A stretch of DNA of 64,000 nt, taken from contig JACQJP010000055.1 of NCBI GenBank assembly GCA_016204975.1, positions 2,098 through 66,097 of the forward strand, in the 5' to 3' direction. Source of the DNA: Elusimicrobiota bacterium (lineage in GTDB: Bacteria > Elusimicrobiota > Elusimicrobia > JACQJP01). A program made the position numbers and the translations under genes. The notes under the pieces are model-generated. The model was not told the origin of the DNA, did not search any database, and saw nothing but the letters and a program-made list of their open reading frames with translations. Shown piece after piece: positions 57,697-64,000 of the stretch. Each line of letters opens with the position of its first letter. The stretch's first letter is position 1.

Positions 57697-58979
57697 TGAA
57701 CCGCCTATTGCTGTGGGTAGGAGCTCTCCTGTACCTGCCGGCGGCCGCGCAGGCTCAATCCTTGCGCTCGGCGAGCACGCAACCCTCCGTCAGCGAAAGG
57801 CTCTTCTGGGACCTTTCCAAGACCCAGGTGGGGACCCTCTCCACCCAACAGGAAAGAAAACGCTATCTCACCACCATCCAGGCGGAAAAGGGCCGCATCA
57901 CCCAAAGCTCCCTGGATATCATCTACGAAAACGCCATGGACCTCTATCGGAGAGGCGAATATGAAGAGGCAGCGGAGCTCTCCGGAACCATCCTCTCGGT
58001 GGACCCCAACTTCCGTGGGGCCTTAGCCCTGCGGGACGCGGCCACCAAGCTTCAATCCGGAAAGGGCACCGGCCTTTCCCCCCAAAGCCTTCTGGAAGAC
58101 AAATTTGAAAGAGGCCTGGCCCTCTACCGCCAGGGCCGCCTGGTGGAGGCGGCGCGCCTCTTCGAAGAAACCGTCCAGCTGGACCCCTGGAACCTGAAGG
58201 CCAGGGACTGGCTCCGGCGCACCCATTATCAAATCGCCGAAAGGCGCACCCTGCGGGGGCAGGCGCTGTACGCGCAGGGAAAAATCGAGGAGGCCCTCCA
58301 AATGTGGTACGGAGCGGTGGTGCTCAACCCGCAATTTCCGGGCTTGCGGGGGCAGATCACCCTGGCGGAATCGGCGCTGCGGGACCGGGAAACCGGCGAA
58401 TCCCTGGCGCAGGCCCTAGGCCACTACAACCGCAAGGAACACGAAAAGGCATTGCAAAGCCTGAGCGAAGCCCTACAGATGGACCCCGCCAACCTCCGGG
58501 CGCAACGCCTGACGCAGGAGATCCGCCGGGAGATGGGAGTGAAGTATCTCCAAGAAGGCCAAAAGCTCTATCGCCAGGAGAAACTCAACTCCGCCATCCA
58601 CCAGTTCCAAAAGGCCCGCCCCTACGGCCTAGAGCAAGAGGCGGACCTTTGGATCGCCCGTTCCCGGGGAAAAATTCAGCAGCTCAAGAAGGCCCGCGCC
58701 GAAATGGCCCGCGTGGAGCGGAAAAGAAAGGAGAAGGAAAAAGAGCAGCCTTCCGCCGCCCAGGCCCAAGCCCCCGAATCCGCCGCCCCTTCCGCCGTCC
58801 TGCCCACCGAGGAGGCCAAGCGGATGGCCAACAAACACTACTTCTCCGGGGTCATATATTTTCAGAAGGGGGATTACGAACACGCCCGGAACGAATGGCA
58901 GATCGCCAATCAGCTCGACCCGGCCCATGAGGACGCCCACATCGGTCTGCAGCGCATCCAAGGCATCCTCGGTCCCTAG
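57696..58979 (+). CDS. Exported TPR-repeat protein (TadD-like position)
   Basis: Signal peptide AQA-Q; multiple TPR motifs. Confidence 0.78.
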   Translation: MNRLLLWVGALLYLPAAAQAQSLRSASTQPSVSERLFWDLSKTQVGTLSTQQERKRYLTTIQAEKGRITQSSLDIIYENAMDLYRRGEYEEAAELSGTILSVDPNFRGALALRDAATKLQSGKGTGLSPQSLLEDKFERGLALYRQGRLVEAARLFEETVQLDPWNLKARDWLRRTHYQIAERRTLRGQALYAQGKIEEALQMWYGAVVLNPQFPGLRGQITLAESALRDRETGESLAQALGHYNRKEHEKALQSLSEALQMDPANLRAQRLTQEIRREMGVKYLQEGQKLYRQEKLNSAIHQFQKARPYGLEQEADLWIARSRGKIQQLKKARAEMARVERKRKEKEKEQPSAAQAQAPESAAPSAVLPTEEAKRMANKHYFSGVIYFQKGDYEHARNEWQIANQLDPAHEDAHIGLQRIQGILGP

Positions 58980-59030
58980 GACGCTGGCGAGCGCTGCGAG
59001 CCCGCCTGGTACCCGAAGCTCTGCGGAGGG
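58980..59030. repeat. Small hairpin repeat family, degenerate intergenic copy
   Basis: ACGCTGG...GGTACCCGAAGCTCTGCGGAGGG resembles 44145-44194. Confidence 0.45.
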
Positions 59031-59038
59031 TGCTAGCT

Positions 59039-60172
59039 ATGTCCATTAAGCTCAAATGGGGAGTGACCTTTTTGATGATCGCCGTCTATGCGATGGTGTT
59101 GGGAGGAATCTTCTACTACAACCTCTTCCGGTGGACCTTCGAGGAGCAGCTCAAAAACGACACCCTGCAGATCATCCGGACCCATGCCCCCTCGCTTCTG
59201 AAGGGTCTGCAGAAAAACCCCGCCGTCATCACCTTGGAGGAGATGGACATCCTGCAAACCTTGGCCCGCAACAAAAACATCGCCCAGGTGCTCTACCTCA
59301 ACAAATATGGGGAGGTACGCTGGCACCGCGACCCTTCCCGCATCAACCTGCCCTTCGAGGAGCACCAAAAGCAGGCCGGGCCGACCACCGACGCCATCCA
59401 GCAGGCCTACCTGGCCAAGGCCCCCAAGATCCGCAGCTTCGAGCGGGAAAACCAAAGATTCTACGAGATCGCCGCTCCCATCCTCTCTCGCAACGAACCC
59501 ACCGGCATCCTCTCCCTGCATGTGACCCGAGAGGAGGTCTCCCAAACCATCGGGGCGGCCATGAAAAAATACGCCGTGGGGGCCCTGGGAATCGTTCTGA
59601 TCCTGGGCATCCCCCTCCAGATATTCTTCAGCCGATTTGTCTTTCATCCCCTGCAGATGCTGCTGGATGCGGTGGAAAACCTGAATACCCGAAACCTGGA
59701 GCTAAAGTTTCCTAAAAGGCGGGACGAATTTGGTAAACTAGCCCAAAACCTCCAGTCCCTGCTGGGACGCCTGCGGGAGGAGTTGGCTGCGGTTCAGCAT
59801 AAAGGGGAGCAGCGAGGCCGCTGGGAGCAGAGGCGCTGGGAATCCTTGGTGCGCGTTCTGGCCCAGAGCCGCCAGGCCATCATCGTGGATGAAAACAACA
59901 ACGTCCTCTACACCAATTTTCCGGTCCTCAAGGCCGCCACCCAAGGCATGGGGACCTCCAAGCTCCACCTGTTGGACGTGGTGGACAGCCGGCAGCAAGA
60001 GCTTCTGCGCTTGGTCAACTGGGCCCTGGAACACCCCAATGAGCCGGCGGAAGGAGACACCGACTTTCGGGGCCGCCCCTGCCACGTGCGCATCCTAAAC
60101 CTGGAGGACACCGGGGAAGACCGTCGGACCATCATACTGTTCGAACCTAAAAAAGAAAGCACCTGGATATAA
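59039..60172 (+). CDS. Membrane sensor-like protein (2 TM, Cache-like loop, HAMP, PAS-like tail, no kinase)
   Basis: PLQML..RRDEFGKLA HAMP; AIIVDENNNVLYTN PAS-like; no H-box or G-boxes. Confidence 0.72.
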   Translation: MSIKLKWGVTFLMIAVYAMVLGGIFYYNLFRWTFEEQLKNDTLQIIRTHAPSLLKGLQKNPAVITLEEMDILQTLARNKNIAQVLYLNKYGEVRWHRDPSRINLPFEEHQKQAGPTTDAIQQAYLAKAPKIRSFERENQRFYEIAAPILSRNEPTGILSLHVTREEVSQTIGAAMKKYAVGALGIVLILGIPLQIFFSRFVFHPLQMLLDAVENLNTRNLELKFPKRRDEFGKLAQNLQSLLGRLREELAAVQHKGEQRGRWEQRRWESLVRVLAQSRQAIIVDENNNVLYTNFPVLKAATQGMGTSKLHLLDVVDSRQQELLRLVNWALEHPNEPAEGDTDFRGRPCHVRILNLEDTGEDRRTIILFEPKKESTWI

Positions 60173-60175
60173 AAT

Positions 60176-60350
60176 GGACTTTTGCAAAATGGAATTGGGG
60201 GTTCGTCCGGGGGTTGCCTTCCGAAAAACGCTCGCCATTTGCGAGGCTCGCTCCGGCAATTTGGCCGGCTGTATGCCCGTGCCGGCCAAATCACGGTTTT
60301 CTCCAGGCAATCCCCCGGCCACCCCCTTCTCTATAAATTTGCAAAAGTCC
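60176..60350 (-). mobile_element. MITE-like element, copy D (175 bp, empty site for the mini element)
   Basis: Perfect TIRs; intergenic; single CT at 60251-60252. Confidence 0.9.
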
Positions 60351-60375
60351 AGTATAAACAAAAAGGAGGTCGTAC

Positions 60376-60669
60376 ATGAGCTATGAAATTCGCTCCATCC
60401 CGATCAAGTCCCTGATCGTTTCGGTGGTCCCTGCGGTTCTTTTCTTCCTGGGACTTTTCGGGGGCATCGTCACGTTCTTTCTCGTCCCCAACCCGCAGTT
60501 GGGGGGGCTGGGCCCCAGCGTCCGCCTCATGGCCACGGGCCTATTCGCCCTGCTCTACATGGCCCTGATGAACGCGCTCTTGGTGGTGGCCGCCTTCCTC
60601 TATAACCTCTTTGTCAACTCCATAGGCCTGCGGGGCATCCGCGTGGAGATGGAATCGGAAGAAACATAA
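60376..60669 (+). CDS. Small two-TM membrane protein (DUF3566-like)
   Basis: AAGGAGG SD; YEIRSI..LYNL..GIRVE pattern. Confidence 0.65.
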   Translation: MSYEIRSIPIKSLIVSVVPAVLFFLGLFGGIVTFFLVPNPQLGGLGPSVRLMATGLFALLYMALMNALLVVAAFLYNLFVNSIGLRGIRVEMESEET

Positions 60670-60704
60670 CCTGCGGAGGCGATCCGCAAGGAGGGGCCTA
60701 AACC

Positions 60705-61406
60705 ATCGTCAAGCTCATCTTTGCCTCAAACGAGCCCGCCCGCGCGCTCTCCATTCTGGAGGAACTCTCCAAGCAAAAGTTCGAGGTCTCCACCCTCCAC
60801 AGCGCCAAAGAGGTGCGGGAAAAAATCGCCCGGGGGGAGTGCGATCTCCTGGTCCTCAACAAAAGTCTCCAGGATGGCAGCGGCCTCCAGCTCCTGCGCG
60901 CCTTGCGGGAGCGCCGGGAAACCCGCCACCTGGCCGTCGTCGCCCTCCTGGGCCCCCAAGAAAGCGGCCAACGCCTGGAGTACTTCCAGGCCGGGGCGGA
61001 CGAATGCCTTTCTTTAAATCAGGACATCCAGGAGTGCGTCGCCCGCATGAAGGCGGTCCTGCGGCGGCTCCACCCCCAGGTCCGGGAGGAGATCCTGCGC
61101 GCCGGGGACATCGAACTCAACCTTTCCCACTATGTGGTGCGGGTCAAAGGCCGGGAGATCCGCTTGACCTCCAAGGAGCTGGATCTTTTATACGTCTTCA
61201 TGAACGCGCCCCAACGGGTCCTGAGCCGTCCCTACTTGATCGAGCGGGTCTGGGGGTACAACTACTTCGGCTCTCCCAGGACCGTGGACGTCCATGTCCG
61301 GCGCCTGCGGCAGAAACTCGGAAAAACGGCAGCCGCCTATATCCAAACCCTCTCCTGCGTCGGCTATAAGCTGGTGCCCCCGGACGCGGGCACAAAACGC
61401 AAATGA
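60705..61406 (+). CDS. OmpR/PhoB-family response regulator with degenerate receiver
   Basis: wHTH LTSKELDLL..VWG..RTVDVHVRRLRQKL; the receiver extends upstream of GTG 60813 to ATC 60705. Confidence 0.85.
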   Translation: MVKLIFASNEPARALSILEELSKQKFEVSTLHSAKEVREKIARGECDLLVLNKSLQDGSGLQLLRALRERRETRHLAVVALLGPQESGQRLEYFQAGADECLSLNQDIQECVARMKAVLRRLHPQVREEILRAGDIELNLSHYVVRVKGREIRLTSKELDLLYVFMNAPQRVLSRPYLIERVWGYNYFGSPRTVDVHVRRLRQKLGKTAAAYIQTLSCVGYKLVPPDAGTKRK

Positions 61407-61792
61407 GCACCATCCTGATTGTAGACGACGACGCAAATCTCCGGGAGTCCCTGGCGGAGATCCTGGAGCTGGAGGGTTTTGATTGTCTGACCGCAGCCAC
61501 CTTCAAGGAGGGCATCCAGACCGCCCGCTCGAAATCCCCTCATGCAGTGGTGATGGACATCCAACTGCCGGACTCCACGGGTTTCCAGCTCTGCCAGGAA
61601 CTGCGCAAAAGCTCGCCCCACACTACGCTCATCTTGATGTCGGGCAGGTTTCTATCCAGCGAGGAGAAAAGACAGGGGTTTGACCTGGGGGCGGACGAGT
61701 ATCTGACCAAACCCTTCGATCCAAAGGAGCTGATCCTGCGCATCCGGCAGCTCCTGAAAGGGCATCAGGGAGGAGACTCGAAAGCCAGATGA
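61403..61792 (+). CDS. Single-domain response regulator
   Basis: ILIVDDD, VVMDIQLPD, GADEYLTKPF. Confidence 0.92.
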   Translation: MSTILIVDDDANLRESLAEILELEGFDCLTAATFKEGIQTARSKSPHAVVMDIQLPDSTGFQLCQELRKSSPHTTLILMSGRFLSSEEKRQGFDLGADEYLTKPFDPKELILRIRQLLKGHQGGDSKAR

Positions 61793-63684
61793 AAAGAGGC
61801 AAGCTTTTCTCCAAATTCCTGTTTTGGTTTTTGCTGATTTCACTCATTCCCCTGGTCGGCATGGGATACCACCTGGTCACCCTCACCCAGGATTCCCTGC
61901 GGGAGGAATCCCTGCGCGTTCAGGAGGCGGCCACCCGCCGAATCTCCGAGACGGTCGTGCACTACGTCAAAACCTTTCGCAACGTCCTCGCGGTCACCGC
62001 CCGCATTGAATCCTTCACCTCCATGGACCCGGACGTCCAACGCCGGATACTGGAGCGGATCATGGAAGCCCACCCGGTCTTTCTGAGGCTCTCCGTCCTC
62101 AACCTAAACGGCGTGGAAACCGTGCACCTGGAAAGATTCTCCGGATCTCCCGTCCCTTCCTCCCCAGACCACGCCACCTCCCTGGCGTACCTGACCGCCA
62201 TTCGGGAAGGCGAATACATCGGATCGCTGGAGCACATTGAAAACTATCCCATCGTCACCATCGCTCTGGTGGTGGAGGACCCCTCCCGAAGAAAAGCGGT
62301 GGGGACCCTGCAAGGCAAAATCAACCTGATCGGCCTAAGCTACATGCTTCAGCAGGTCCCTGCCAGCGAGGCCGGGGCGGCCTTCGTGGCCGGTCCCCAG
62401 GGCTTTCTGATCGCTCACTCCGATCCCCAAAAGGTCTTAGCGCCCAAAGAGACCCTCTCCCCCACAATCTCGGAGGCCATCCAAACAAGCCAAGAGGACT
62501 CCGGGGGTAGAGAGATGCAACTGGAAAGCGGCGAAAAAATTCTAGGCAGCTTTACCCACATCAAGGAACTGGGTTGGGTCGCCTTTCTGCAACAGCCCCT
62601 GGAAGAGGCCCTGGGCACCGCCCGAACCATGAGAAAGCAGATCCTGACCGCCTTGTGGATAGTCATCCTGGCCACCTTTCTGTTGAGCTTCATGGTGGCC
62701 AATCACATCACCCAGCCCATCCGCGCCCTGCAGGCGGCCTCGGCCCAGATCGCCGCCGGAAACTTCGATCTGCCGGAGATGGCGGATACCGGAGACGAGA
62801 TCGGGGAGCTGGGGCAGGCCTTTCAAAAGATGGGTTCCATCATCCAGCAAAAAACCCAGCAGCTCCTTGGAGCCAAAGAGGAGCTGGAAAAACTCAACCG
62901 CTCTCTGGAAAACCGGGTGGATGCGCGCACCCGGGAGTTGCATGCCGCGCAGAATGAGCTCATCCACAAAGAGAGGCTGGCGGCGATCGGGCAGATGGCT
63001 TCGGTGGTCGGCCACGAAATCCGGAACCCCCTGGCGGTCATCAACAACTCCATCTACTTCATCAAGGCCAAGATGAGCGCCAACGGAAAGGACCTGGACC
63101 CAAAACTCCTCAAGCATATCCAGATCATCGAGTCCGAGATTCAGCAGGCCAACTCCATCATCAACGAGATATTGACCTTCGCCCGCACCCGGGAGCTCAA
63201 GCCCGAGCGGCACAACTTCCACCACTTCTTAGAAGAACTTCTGACCTCCTATCCCTTCCCGGATGCCGTGGAACTGCGCAAGCAGATTCCCCCGGGGGAA
63301 ATCTGGGTGATCATGGACGCCGACGAGATCCGCCAGGCCCTGCGCAATATCCTGGGAAATTCCATCCAGGCCATGACGGAGGGGGGAAAAATCTTCGTGA
63401 GCCTAAAGCCGCATCCCCCAAAATCCATCCAACTGGAAATCTCGGATACCGGCCCCGGCATCCCCGCGGAAATCCTGGACAAGGTGTTCACGCCTTTTTT
63501 CACCACCAAACCCAGCGGCACGGGGCTCGGCTTGGCGGTGGTAAGAAAGGTGATGGATCGCCACCACGGCACGGTAGAGGTCCGCTCCGTGCCGGGCCAG
63601 GGAACCTCCTTCACCCTGCACCTGCCCCTGCCCGCTGCTGCCGCCCCCTCCCCGGGCGCCGCCCAGAAAAAAGACCATGCCTGA
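61789..63684 (+). CDS. Sensor histidine kinase (dCache-HAMP-HisKA-HATPase, NtrB-like)
   Basis: GHEIRNPL, NILGNS, DTGPGI, PFFTTKPSGTGLGL. Confidence 0.95.
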   Translation: MKRGKLFSKFLFWFLLISLIPLVGMGYHLVTLTQDSLREESLRVQEAATRRISETVVHYVKTFRNVLAVTARIESFTSMDPDVQRRILERIMEAHPVFLRLSVLNLNGVETVHLERFSGSPVPSSPDHATSLAYLTAIREGEYIGSLEHIENYPIVTIALVVEDPSRRKAVGTLQGKINLIGLSYMLQQVPASEAGAAFVAGPQGFLIAHSDPQKVLAPKETLSPTISEAIQTSQEDSGGREMQLESGEKILGSFTHIKELGWVAFLQQPLEEALGTARTMRKQILTALWIVILATFLLSFMVANHITQPIRALQAASAQIAAGNFDLPEMADTGDEIGELGQAFQKMGSIIQQKTQQLLGAKEELEKLNRSLENRVDARTRELHAAQNELIHKERLAAIGQMASVVGHEIRNPLAVINNSIYFIKAKMSANGKDLDPKLLKHIQIIESEIQQANSIINEILTFARTRELKPERHNFHHFLEELLTSYPFPDAVELRKQIPPGEIWVIMDADEIRQALRNILGNSIQAMTEGGKIFVSLKPHPPKSIQLEISDTGPGIPAEILDKVFTPFFTTKPSGTGLGLAVVRKVMDRHHGTVEVRSVPGQGTSFTLHLPLPAAAAPSPGAAQKKDHA

Positions 63685-64000
63685 AAAAATTCCCTCTCCC
63701 ACCGTTTTGATCGTGGACGACGACAAAAACCTTCGGTCCACCCTGCGGGACCTGCTGGAAGAAGACGGCTACCAGGTTCTGGAAGCTGCCAACGGCAAAG
63801 AGGCCCTGAAACAGGTCCGTGCGAACTCCCCGCCTCTGATCCTGATGGATTTTCAGCTCCTGGACCGCACCGGAATCGACGTGGTCCGCGACATCCGCAG
63901 TCTTAAGGGGGAAACCCTCATCATCATGATCACCGGACACGCCTCCCTGGAAACGGCGGTTTTGGCCATCCAAGAATCGGTCTATGACTTTTTGATCAAA
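63677..64000 (+). CDS. Response regulator receiver (truncated by window edge)
   Basis: Hand translation: MPEKIPSPTVLIVDDDKNLR..LMDFQL..MITGHASLETAV..YDFLIK. Confidence 0.88.
   Translation, partial: MPEKIPSPTVLIVDDDKNLRSTLRDLLEEDGYQVLEAANGKEALKQVRANSPPLILMDFQLLDRTGIDVVRDIRSLKGETLIIMITGHASLETAVLAIQESVYDFLIK

Noticed and set aside
60095..60386. Short ORFs (MDFCKMELG.., MQNGIGG..) also seen near 55074-55340
   Set aside because: Translations of the MITE itself; no independent coding evidence.

Overview
GC-rich bacterial chromosomal window. The gene inventory suggests a diderm, possibly Elusimicrobiota-like organism, but that is inference. From left to right it holds: (i) a minus-strand moxR-DUF58-BatA/vWA/DUF4159-vWA operon running into three tandem DUF2723 (TMEM260-like) glycosyltransferase genes; (ii) a thiolase, recA-xerD, DUF885, two orphan exported proteins and a class A beta-lactamase-fold hydrolase; (iii) a GT-C glycosyltransferase, DUF4175-like protein, peptidase MA-TPR, cca, site-2 protease, trpS, scpAB, a PHP protein and glgA; (iv) a 2-kb cassette (beta-barrel protein plus toxin-antitoxin pair) bounded by a 62-bp duplication of the glgA 3' end; (v) an FtsX-EnvC fusion, ctpA, tsaD, a signal-less solute-binding protein and a GAF-GGDEF cyclase; (vi) two PorV-like barrels and a 1047-aa FlgD-Ig-repeat protein directly followed by a compact Tad/Flp pilus locus and two-component genes. 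The most striking non-gene signal is a hierarchy of tiny structured mobile repeats. A 55-bp element flanked by a duplicated CT (57 nt, 19 codons) sits in frame inside proteins, and its empty site is visible in the window. One copy is nested in a 175-230 bp MITE-like element with GGACTTTTGCAAA terminal inverted repeats, which is itself translated in frame at two gene starts. Several genes look leaderless, and three lack any ATG/GTG/TTG start for their conserved N-termini. No rRNA, tRNA or CRISPR array was recognised. All family assignments come from motif recognition by eye, not from database searches.
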